From contig NC_043015.1 of NCBI RefSeq assembly GCF_006345805.1, positions 28,954,001 through 29,018,000 of the forward strand: DNA of 64,000 bases. The letters run 5' to 3'. Both the position numbers and the translations under genes were made by a program. Within the stretch, counting starts at the first letter, position 1. Every line of letters begins with the position of its first letter. Under the pieces are notes generated by a model, which saw nothing but the letters and a program-made list of their open reading frames with translations, was not told the DNA's origin and searched no databases. The DNA comes from Octopus sinensis (Eukaryota). Below are positions 41,775 to 54,749 of this stretch, piece after piece.

Positions 41775-44700
41775 AGGAGGTGGTGATGATGATGGTGGAG
41801 GTTGTGGTGATGATGATGGTGGTGGAGGTGGTGATGATGGTGTTGGTGATGATGATGATGGTGGAGGTGATGATGATGATGGTGATGGTGTTGGTGATGA
41901 TGATGATGGTGATGATGATGATGGTGGTGGTGGTGGTGATGAGGATGACGATGATGATGATGAATGATGATATCCAACTTACACGTCTCCAGATGCAAGC
42001 AAGAGAACATATCTTGATGGGATGTGGTCATCGGGAAACACGGATCTGGCATACTGTACTGAAACTGCTCGGGCTTGGAACATTTCCTGGGGAAGCAAAA
42101 TGACAAAGCAAGATCTCAGAAGACTACAAGTTGGGCAACGTACAACAACACAAACAAACAAACATCTTAATACAGCTTAAACTTTTAAGCACATATATTT
42201 CTTTACTGCCCACAAGGGGCTAAACATAGAGGGGACAAACAAAGACAGACAAAGGGATTAAGTCGATTACATCGACCCCAGTGCGTAACTGGTACTTAAT
42301 TTATCGACCCCGAAAGGATGAAAGGCAAAGTCGACCTCAGCAGAATTTGATCTCAGAACGTAAAGACAGACGAAATACCTATTTCTTTACTACCCACAAG
42401 GGGCTAAACACAGAGGGTACAAACAAGGACAGACAAAGGGATTAAGTCGATTACATCGACCCCAGTGCGTAACTGGTACTTTATTTATGGACCCCGAAAG
42501 GATGAAAGGCAAAGTCGACCTCAGCAGAATTTGAACTCAGAATGTAATGGCAGACGAAATACGGCTACGCATTTCGCCCGGCATGCTAACGTTTCTGCCA
42601 GCTCGCCGCCTTCTTTTAAGCACATAACTAACCAACTTCAGCACCATTTTCTCCATTCAACATTCAGCATAGGTTGGACAGTTTGACAGGAGCTAGCAAG
42701 CTAAAGGAGTGCACTGAGGTCCAATGTCTGCTTTGGTATAGCTTCTACAGCTGATGCCTTTCCTAATGCCAGCCACTTTACAGAGTGTACTGGGTGCTAA
42801 CTTATAAATAAATAATATAAATGATGGTATGGTATTGGTCACATCAAAGTTTACATAATTTATTTCAATAGAAATGTAATGAGCTGAGACATAACACCCA
42901 ACTCTGAAGCACAAAAAGCTGAGAGGTGTATGAGGCTGTTTACTGTGAGTCCTTAAAATTGTAATGAATCTAAGTCTACCTTTCAGTAAATAAAGAACTA
43001 TAAAAAGTATAAAAATATAGGGGGATATATGTTAAAATTAAGGGAAGTTCAATGATAAGAAATGCAAAGAATGGAAACTTTGTCCAACTCAAAACTTCAT
43101 CAGGACCAATTCCAGAGACTGAGCTGAGAAATGAAACTAAAATAAACAATTAGTGTCCAAGCATGGCTACAACCTCTGGCTGAAACTAATAAAAGGATAA
43201 AAGAATATGCAACAAAAAAAAAAATAGCAACAAAACAACAAAAAAAAAACAATTCAAAAAGTGCCATCAAGTTAGATACCTCTTCAATGTTTTCCATAAT
43301 GAGTTCTTCCATTAATTTCTTGTTCTCTTCATTTTGGCCTTTAAATGCTGACGCCATCAAACTCAAAGATTCTTGGACAGCAAGACGAATTTCAGATTCT
43401 TCCTAATTATAGAAGAATAATACTGAAATCTTCCCATGGTGACTTGAGATTAAATTTACTAATACATTAATCTCATCTATTTGAGCAACACATGTTCAGA
43501 GGATAAAAGCTTTTTGTGCGTTAAAGCATGTAATATAGGCCCAACCTCACAAATAGGATCCCAGGTTTTTTTTTTCCTGAGACATTATTTTGGAAAAAAG
43601 GGTGCTTCATATATGCTATCAAATATAGTAACATCGTCTCCAAATGGTAATATGTTTTTTAGTATGTTTATGTTAACCCTTTTGGTACTAATGCACCTGA
43701 GACCACCCTTGGTTCCTTGATACAAACTTTATGTTCTAAACATACACAGGTACCAATGTACCAGCAGAAAGATATTCAGGTTATGTAAACGATTAATTGA
43801 ACCTAACTGAGTACATCACTAGCTCTTGGCTAATCAAGAATACACACACACACATATATACATACATAAGTAATTATTTGAGACTTGCATATACACCTAG
43901 TAGTATGCCTATTAAAGCATGTTCACTGTCGGCGGCTATCTGATGTCATCAACAGTATGGATATAAATGTCATTGGATTTTATTTCAGGAATTCCTTTGT
44001 GTCCATTGAGTATATAACAAAAGAGAGATTTACTATGTATAGGTCCATAACCTATATAAAAAAATTAATTCTAAACTTATGTTCTAAACACCAGTTTAAT
44101 AATATAAAAATGATTTTACTAAACTCTTTGTAATTTTCAAAATTTTTTGAAACAAAGGTGGTGCATTTCAACAGAAATAAAAGTTTAAATGATTTAACAA
44201 GAGTTTTGTAACTTGGAAAATATTTAAATTCTCGACAGTTTAAACTACCTAAATAACAAAACTAAAATCTACAAAAAACTAAAATAAAAAAAATTCTAAA
44301 ATATTTACTTCAAAAAACAAAACAAAAAAAAAGAAAAAAAAAAGCATCTTTTCAATATTTAATCATAAATGAATTTCATGTTTAATTTGTCATGAATTTC
44401 AAAAGTTGAATATTAACGATAACAAATGATGAGAGCAATAATAAGGAAAAAGGAATTACGTACTGTGCAAACAGCTTCAAAAAACTGTTTTATCAAAGCT
44501 ATATCATTGGCAACGAGGTTTGGGCACCTCTTTATAATTTTGCCTATAGCAACATAGGTAAGTGCACGCAGTTTATCATCCTGCAAAATAGAATATGCTG
44601 TTAGAGAACAGGTAATAAACTAAAAAGCAAATTTAACAAATAATATTTTCATAACAGAATCAAATCCTTTATTATCAGTCAGTTCGTTAAATATCTAGCC

Positions 44701-47566
44701 AACTAACTTTCATTTATTTAACCTGTTGATTAAACAGTCAATCGTTTATTTATTTATTTATTTTTTTGCTGTTCATCAAAGTTCTTTCATCATCGTTTAA
44801 CATCTGTTTTCCGTGCTAGCATGGGTTGGACAGTTCAACCGGGGTCTGGGAAACCAGGGGGCTGCAACAAGCTCCAATCTTGATCAGGCAGAGTTTCTAC
44901 AGCTGCATGCCCTTCTTCCTAACGCCAACCACTCCATGAGTGTAGAGGGTGGTTTTTACGTGTCACCGGCACAGGTGCCAGGGAAGGCTGGCAACAGCCA
45001 TGATCGGTTGGTGCTTTTTATGTGCCACCAGCACAGAAGCCAGTCAAGGTGGCTAAAAAAGGTTGTGAATGATAACGAAGAACTTTGTCAAATAAAACAA
45101 AAGAAAAAAAAAAGTTTTTATGTATTTAAATATATTAAGGCAAGTAAACTGGCAGAATCATTAGCATGCTGGGTAAAATGCATAGAGACATTTCATCTGT
45201 CTTCAAGCTCTGAACAGGTTGACTTTGTTTTTCATCCTTTCAGGGTTGATAAAATAAGTACCAGCTGAACACAGGGGTTAATGTAATCAATTTAACTCCT
45301 TCCCCAAAATTGCTGTACTAGTGCTGAAATTTGAAACCAAAGCTGGCATAGGTTGGACGGTTTGACTGAGGTCTGGCAAGCCAGTATGCTGCACCAGGTT
45401 CTAATCTGATCTGGCAATGTTTCTAAAGCTGGATGCCCTTCCTAACATCAACCACTCTGATAGTGTAGTGGGTGCTTTTTACATGCCACCAGCACAGGAG
45501 CCAATCAGGGGGCACTGGCATCGACAATGTTTGGATGGTGCTTTTTATGTGCTACCGGCACGGGAGCCAGTCAGGGGGCACTGGTATAGACCAAATTCAG
45601 ACGGTGCTTTTTATGTGCCACTGGCATGGAAGTCAGTCTGGGAGCACTGGCACAGACCACGTTCACATGGTGCTTTTTATGTGCCACCTGCACAATATAC
45701 AAAATACTTTATAATATTTAAAAAAGATTACTACTTCATTTAGAATTAATTAAATCAATAGCTAATGTTAAGTTTTAAACAAACACATGGGATTTTTCAT
45801 TTTATAACATTCAAATGGAACCCAGACAACTGTCTGGTACATCAATGTTACTATAGAAACAGAGACTTATAAAAATGACAAATGCATTTAATTTACCTTT
45901 GAGCTTTTTAGAACTTTTACCATACTAGATAACAATTCTGCACTTATCGGTTTGAAAACAACATCTGATGCACTGCAATGAGAGAAATAATTCATAATAT
46001 CATACAAAAAAAAATTATTAAAAAAAAATTGATAAACAAGTAAAATGAGAAATGACTGATTGACCCAAGTATATTACTGGTACTTATTTTATTAAGCATA
46101 GAGTCAAGTTTTGGAAAGGTTTGAACTTTGTCCAATAACTTAAATGAACATCTACCTCATAGATATCAATAATATTTTTGTTACTGACTCTCAGGGGGAA
46201 TGAAGGATAATGCTGATCCTGGTGGGATTTGAACTCAAAATCAAGAAGTTGAAAGTCACTATTGTAAATCTTTTGATTCTATTGCCTCTGAACCCTCACC
46301 ATATTTCTGTAGAGAAATATCACTGGAATTCTGGTTTAAGAACCCTTTATAACAACCCCTATAACTTTTTAATTTTTTAAATTTTCAGAAAATTTAGAAA
46401 ATTTATGTCCTACACATGGAAATTCATATGATTATGTAAAAGAAATTTTTTGTGTGTGATTTAAGGGTGATTTAGCTGTTGTTTTTAGCACATCTCACAA
46501 CCACCTGATACCTTTCTCATTTCTCATACTCTGACATGTATTGATGTTTTACAATATTTTTCTCCCCATAAACACATTTAATGACACAATTTTGAAATTA
46601 TAAACAGAAACAAATGGCTCATTCGGACTGCGTGTATTTGAGATCCATGAAAAAACAAAAAATTTTGAAAATGAGCGAAAATTTTAGGATTTGGTAGGGG
46701 AAGTGAAAAATTTAAAAAAAAAAAATTTTTTTATTTCTTGCATAATTGTATGAATTCCTGTGGGTAGAGCATAAATTTGCAAAAATTTCCTGAAAATTTT
46801 AAAAAAAAAAAAAGAAAGTCACAAGGAATTGTATGGGGTGCTTAACCCTTTTGATAGCAACCCGACTGAAACCGGGTCTGGCTCTGAGTACAAATGTCTT
46901 GTTTTCATAAGTTTTGAATTAAAATCTTCCACCAAACGTTAGTCACAATTTACGTTCATAACACTAGCTAAATGGTAACTAGGTTATTTTACTAAATTCT
47001 TCATTATATTTAAAGTAATTGAAAGAAACACAGAGCATCTCAAAATAAATATAGTAACGAAAGGGTTAAATCAGAATCCGACCATCCATATCTACTGGAG
47101 ATTATCTCTCTTACACCATGCACCATTAGACTCCTGTTCTTCAGAGCTTTGGTGAAAGCAATATTGTTGCCCTTGGCATCAACAAAACAGTCAACCATGA
47201 TACTGAATGAGAAACACTACAGCTAAGTTGCCTCCCTATGGTATCCACTTACCAACTAAGTACCAATATTTTTTGTTGTTTTTCCCCACAATGAGTATAA
47301 TCTCTATTCCAACATCAAGGTGCAATTGGAATGATGTCAGAATGTTAAATCTTTTAAATATTCTTTTCTTACTTGCTTCAGTCATTGGACTGCAGCCATG
47401 TTGGAGCAGAGCCATGAAGGGGTTATGGTTTATTAATTGCTCCCAGGAATTAGTCTATTGTTTTTACTGAACCACTAAGTTGGTAAACAAACTAACACTT
47501 ATTGTTAAGCGGGGGATGGAGGGATACAAACACAAAGACACACACGCGTCTGTGTGTGTGTGTTTT

Positions 47567-47597
<31 letters not shown>

Positions 47598-50500
47598 CAA
47601 AAGCAGCAGAAATATAACAAAAGCTGTTACTCAGAGTTTCACGTTAAAATAGAACAGAAATAACAATATGATACACCTTTTTTTTTTAAAGGTGTATCCT
47701 TTAACTAGTTTTGATCATATTGTTATTTCTGTTGTCAAGCGATGTTAGGGGAACAAACACAGACTCACAAACATATACACACACATATATACACATATAC
47801 AACGGGCTTCTTTCAGTTTTCCATCTACCAAATCCACTCACAAGGCTTTGGCCGGCACGAGGCTATAGTAGAAGACACTTGCCCAAGGTGCCACGCAGTG
47901 GGACTGAACCCGGAACCATGTGGTTTGTAATCAAGCTACTTACCGCACGGCCACTCCTACAATACATAAAATATTTTAACAATTTTTTAATACAATCCCT
48001 TATATTTAATTATAAAAATATTACAGGAGTTTTTAAACATCAAAGGGCCATGGGGTTCCACCTGAGTAAAATAGGAATCAAAGGGATCCATAGGTAAAAA
48101 AAAAATGGTTAAGAACCACTGATCTATCCAGTCATTCAACTTGCAAGTAATAGCAGCCAAATTTCCCTCAAATCGCACTTTACCATTTCAAACAAGGAAG
48201 GGCAAAAAAGGCAATGTAACTCTTGCTAAGACAAATTTTATTTTCTCAAAACACACCTCAGGAGGGGTGTGAACTGGTACTATAGAAAAAACACAATCTA
48301 ACAATGGACAAATGAACCACTGCTATAATGACTTATCCACTTGTACATCTCAAAATATTGGTCAGCTGAAATATTAGAAAAAGGGAAAGGCAGGCAGTGG
48401 GTTTGATGATTAGTTTTTACTTACTTGTAGCACACATGGTGAACAAGTTCTACAGTCATCAGACTCAGGCGGGCATGATTGTTGGATGCAAACAGGCAGT
48501 GGAAAATCACCTAAAGGTTAGAGAAAAAGAGAGCATTATGACCTTTCTGTTATTACACAATATTGCGTGTGTGTGTGTGGTGTGTGTGTATAAGCTTCTT
48601 TCAGTTTCCATCTACCAAATCAACTCACAAGGCTTTGGTCAGCCCAAGGTTAAAGCAGAAGACACTTGACCAAGGTACCATGCAGTGGGACTGAACCTGA
48701 GACCACCAGGTTGGGGAGCAAGCTTCTCAAACACACATCCACGTCTGTGCCTATTGGTGATGACAAACCATTGGTAAACTGTTTAAGATACTTGGAAAAA
48801 AAAAAGAAAAGAACTTTAGAAAGTCCTACTTACCTGTATACAAGCTGGGAAGACATTTGTGGCTTCTCTTGACTTGAGAAAGTACGGGAATATCTTCAGC
48901 CGTATCCGTGTACTGGCTGGAGTCTTCCTACATTCTGGTTTTACTTGGCTTTCCTTTTAAGAGACAGAAAAGATAAATGATATTTTATTTTTTTTACAAG
49001 CTATCATCATCATCATCCTCATTTTATGTCTACTTTTCTATGTTTTCATGGGTCAGATGGAATTTGGTGAAGGAGATTTTTTTTGTCTTTTGTATAGCTG
49101 GATCCTTTCCTGTTGCTGACCCATACCTGTTTCCAAGCAAGGTAATATTTCCCCCATGGAAGACAGGAAACAAACAACATTACTTGTATGGCGATGCTGT
49201 TGTTGCTGTTGAGCGAAGCAGTCTTAGTGGGAGAAGTCCGAAACGTGGTCCTTTGCTATTTGTAAGACCTGCAGAAGAGAAATCAAGTCAACCCCCAACA
49301 CCAAGAGCATAGAAGTCCTAGAAAAAAATCTTTCAATGATAAACAAAACAAATAAAACAAAAATAATATCAATAAACTTACTTTTCCTTTAATAACTGTA
49401 GTTCCGAGAAATATAGAAAACAGTTTATTCATAATGACCAAGGAATTCCAGTTAATACTCCTGAATATTAAGCAAAAACAAAAAATAATAAATAACAAGA
49501 ATTTCAATGAATATCCTTTCACTATTTTATTCACAACGCTTAAATATTAGCCATATTTACAATTAGTGTTTGACTAAAGTTGTAGCAAAAATGGGACTAA
49601 AGAATAAGAGAAATACGGACTTTAGAATCTTTGGCTTTTGTAGTTGGTTTGCAAGGTTCTTGATGCGAACTAGTGTGTTGAAATAGATTTTGTTATTTTG
49701 TTGTAGCTTGGGAGGGTTATTAAGTCAATAATAAAAACCATGCACTAATTGATTGTTTGATCGTTTGGTCAATCAATCAGCTAAGTTTGTCAGACAGGGA
49801 GTAGAGAGGACAAGTCATTGATGAGGTAGCAAATGGCAATGAAAGGACTCTGACAAACCCAGCTGGCTGATCGATTGACCAAAATTGATTTATAAAATAA
49901 TCAATTATATTGATTGGGTAAATGGTTAACCATTGACAAATAATAATAATAATAATAATAATAAAAGAAATGAAACAGAACCAGTGCATGTGTTTATCAT
50001 TGGCATAATGACCCCACCACCCTGAATAAAGACAGTTTTTTAAATCATTCATTTGATCAATCTATCTTTTATTTGTTTTGGTCATTGGACTGCAGCCATG
50101 TCCGGGCCATTGTCTTGACAGTTTAGTCAAACAAAATGACCCTACTCTTTTACTTGTTTCAGTCATTTGACTGCGGCCATGCTGGAGCACCACCTTTTAG
50201 TACTTATTCTATCAGTCTCTTTTTGCCGAACCGCTAAGTGACGGGGACGTAAACACACCAGCATCGGTTGTCAAGCAATGCTAGGGGGACAAACACAGAC
50301 ACACAAACACACACACACATATACATATATATACATATATACGACAGGCTTCTTTCAGTTTCCGTCTACCAAATCCACTCACAAGGCATTGGTCGGCCCG
50401 GGGCTATAGCAGAAGACACTTGCCCAAGATGCCACGCAGTGGGACTGAACCCGCAACCGTGTGGTTGGTTAGCAAGCTACTTACCACACAGCCATTTTTT

Positions 50501-53500
50501 TTTTAAATAAGTACTATTTTTTAAAGTCTGTTACTTATCCTATTGGTCTATTTATTCTATTTACCAAACTGCCGTTATGTGGATGTAAACAAACCAACAT
50601 TGGTTGCCAAGCAGTGAGAGAGAACACATGCACACACATACAAACGTATAGATTAATCTTTCAACTACTCTAAACGTTAGGATTAATAGTTTGAACACTG
50701 TATTAATAGAATGACTGAGATGTAACAAAGACAACAAGGTTATCAATAAAACAACTACTTACCCCATAACTTTCTTCAGTTCCATATCTCCAGCTGTTGC
50801 TATGCTACAGGGGAAATAAATAGATAAATATACAAATGAGGAAGGTTGGGGTGGTGATGACGATGATAATTATGATGGTTTTCTAACATTGATCCAAAGC
50901 ACACATTTTAGGGGTAGGAACACAGACAGTTTCTGACATCCTTATTTTTATTATCTTTGAAAAGGATGAAAGACAAAGTTAAACATGACTGGATTTGAAT
51001 TCAGAATGTTACGAAGTATAATGAAATATCTCAAGGTGTTTTGTCCAGAAAAATCCACTGATTCTGCTACATTCATTATAACAAAGAAGGAAAAGACAAC
51101 AGCAAGCAGAGGGTTTCGGATCTTTTCGGTTTGAACGGCAGTTTTTAACATAATTTCTAGGTAACTAAAAAATTTAAAACTTCGTATACTGGTAGAATGT
51201 GTTTATAAAACATCTTTTTCCCTTGGCTTTATTGAGTTGTCACTCCTAAATTGAGTGAAGGCACATGGCTCGGTGATTAGAGCATCAAGCTCACAATCAT
51301 GAGGTAGGAGTTCAATTCCTGGACCAGACTGCGTGTTGTGTTCTTGAGCAAGACACTTTATTTCATGTTGCTCCAGTTCACTCAGCTGTAGAAATGAGTT
51401 GCGATGTCACAGGTGCCAAGCTGTATCGACCTTTGCCTTTCCCTTGGATAACATTGGTGACGTGGAGAGGGGAGGGTGTTATGCATGGGCGACTGCTGGT
51501 CTTCCAGAAACAACCTTGCAAAGGCTTGTGCCTCGGAGGGTAACTTTCTAGGTGCAATCCAACGGTCATTCATGACCGAAGGGGGTCACAACAACAGCTG
51601 GTGATGTTATTGTGGCCACTATTGTTGTTGTTGTTGTTCTTATTGAAGTTGTTGTTAATGTTGCTACTGTTGTTGTTATTCTTAAACATCCTTGCAGAGA
51701 CTTGTGCCTCGGAGGGGAACTTTCTAGGTGCAATCCCATGGTCATTCATGACCAAATGGGGTCTTCACACCCCCACCTCCACTTATTTTTTACTCCTAAA
51801 TCGAATAGTTTAATGTAAGTTAACTCAGAATAAAGTCCCATTGTAGTGGGACTTCATGAGTATTTCTGCTACCACTAACCACTGTAGTGGTAGCACTGGC
51901 AGCACAAGTATTGATAATATTGAGAGTGGTTGATGGTAATAATATTGATGTAGTTGGCATTTAGACTACAACGTTGAAATTGTCAATGGAAGACTTGGCA
52001 ACTGGAATAATAGGAAACAGATAAATTGTTGTGATTGGTTGTGATTATAGGTATTAGTGTTGGAGGTAGTAGTTTCTGTGGTAATGACCCTGGCAGCAGT
52101 AGTTTTAGCAATGATGGTGGTGATGGCTACAGAGTGAAGTTGGTGACTAAGAAGGCATTTAATATTCAAAAACTGAATAAAAAAAATTCACCTAGTATTT
52201 ATGAGGGGCGTTTCAGAAATTTTGAGACATTTTCGTGAGAAGCACTTATAACTGTCCTAGATTACTGTAATCTCATCATCATTTAGCGTCCGTTTTCCAT
52301 GCTAGCATGGGTTGGACGGTTCAACTGGGGTCTGGGAAGCCAGAAGGCTGCACCAGGCCCAGTCTGATCTGGCAGTGTTTCTACGGCTGGATGCCCTTCC
52401 TAACGCCAACCACTCCGTGAGTGTAGTGGGTGCTTTTTACGTGCCACCGGCACAGGTGCCAGACGGGGCTGGCAAACGGCCACGGTCGGATGGTGCTTTT
52501 TATGTGCCACCGACAGGAGGGGCCAGGCGAGGCTGGCAACGGCCACGATCGGATGGTGCTTTTTACGTGCCACTGGCATGTCATTTCTATACATCTCATA
52601 AGTGGATGTGCCAACATTTTTTTAAATTCCAGACTGAAGAAAACAGCTGTAACACACCCTACTAAACACTGCCGGTCACAATCCCATCCTTGTAACCAAA
52701 TACTTGACAGAAATGGGAATCAAAACTGTTCCTCACCCTCCCTGCAGTCCTGACCTTGCTCCTTGTGACTTTTGGTTGTTCCTCAAGCTGAAGGAGAACC
52801 TCGGGGGCAATCATTTTGAAGGCATTGAGAAGATAGGGTCTGTGACAAGAGTCCTGGACACCTTGACTTTGGAGGGCTTCTGTGAGGCCTTCACAAAATG
52901 GTTGGAGCACCTCAGCACGTGCACTGAAGTCAAAGGATCCTACTTTGAAGATCAGTTTTGTACTTATTTGAAATGATTAAATGTCTCTCTTGAAAAAGTC
53001 TAGAAACTTTCAGAAAGCACCTCATAGTAATATTGAGAATATGGACATTCATTAATATTAAAAAATATTAAAAAAGGCAGTGAATTGGCAGAATTGTTAG
53101 CATGCCAGGTGAAATTCTTTATGATATTTCATCCATCTCTACATTCTGAGTTCAAATTCTGCCAAAGTTGACTTTGCCTTTCATCCTTTCAGGGTTGAGA
53201 AAGTAAGTACCAGTTGAGCATCAGGGTTGATTTAATTGACTTAGTCCCTCCCATAAACTGTGGGCCTTGTGCCAAAATTTGAAACCAATATAAAAAAAAA
53301 CTGAATGGAAACCTGCAATCAGCAGTGTTATGAAAGACGATATGCATTTGTATTAAAAAACTGAATGGAAACCTGCAATCAGCAGTGTTATGAAAGACGA
53401 TATGCATTTGTATTAAAAAACTGAATGGAAACCTGCAATCAGCAGTGTTATGAAAGACGATATGCATTTGTATTAAAAAACTGAATGGAAACGTCACAAA

Positions 53501-54706
53501 AAAACAGGAAATTTTAGATTTACGTTATGTATTTTATACATGAATTTTACTGCATTTTAATTAACCAACGTAAATTTTCTAATTCCTTTTTTTAAATTCC
53601 AGGATGCCACAGTTATCAAATTTTAAACTCAAGGTGATTGTTCTCCTTAAGAAAGAACATCCAACTTGGGGACTGAAAATATGCCAAGAAATTTTGCCAG
53701 AGTTCAACTGGGGTCTGGGAAGCCAGAAGGCTGCACCAGGCCCAGTCTGATCTGGCAATGTTTCTACGGCTGGATGCCCTTCCTAACGCCAACCACTCCG
53801 TGAGTGTAGTGGGTGCTTTTTACGTGCCACCGGCATGAGGCCAGTCGGGGCAGCACTGGCAACGGCCACGTTCGGACGGCTCTCTTACGTGCCACCGGCA
53901 CTGGTATCTCAGCTGCAATTTCCATTGATGTTGATCGATTTCTGTTTCCAACAATTAAATAAACTGTACCAAATTACCTGGTTTTTTGTGGGGCACCCTG
54001 TTGTAATAAAAAAGATGACATTTAATATAAAATAGAAAAAACTCTGAGTGTAAACCTTACCTATGTCTTGTGTCAGCAGCACCAATGATGTAATGGCAAA
54101 CAACTTTCTCATCAGGGAAGATACCGGAACCTAGGAAATTCAAAATACCCAGTTTGCATTTTTCTAACTCTTCTGGCTTTAGGGGATTGTCGCCTGTAAC
54201 CCTTTTCAATGATTGTTCGCTCATTCCTGGGGGTGGTATAGCAGGAGTAGAATTATCCCCAGACGTCACTGTTGCATGAGCACTGTAGATAGAAAAGTTA
54301 GGGTGTCATATATATATATATATACACACATAATTATATATATATATATATATATAGTTAATCCAAACAAGAAAGCACAAAAAAAACACAACAATGCGAG
54401 GACGTGGAACAAATATAGTATTATTGGACGCTCAGGAAAGAAGGAAAGAAGGAGGGTTTAATGTTTCGAGTGGAGCTCTTCGTCGGAAACATAGAAGGAA
54501 AGATCCAGAGAAGGGAAGACAGAGGAAAAAAAATTGCCAACGGTACACACGAGGTCACATTTTGACACACACACACACAATTATATGCATATATACACAC
54601 ACACACACACACACACAATTATACATACATATATATATACACACATATAATTATACATACATATATATATATATATATATAAAAAATCTTGCACAACAAA
54701 TATTTA

Positions 54707-54749
<43 letters not shown>

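Noticed and set aside
41524-42106. Poly-His, poly-Asp/Gly and poly-Met/Val ORFs
   Set aside because: Translations of a trinucleotide microsatellite; only 41983-42086 is a real exon.
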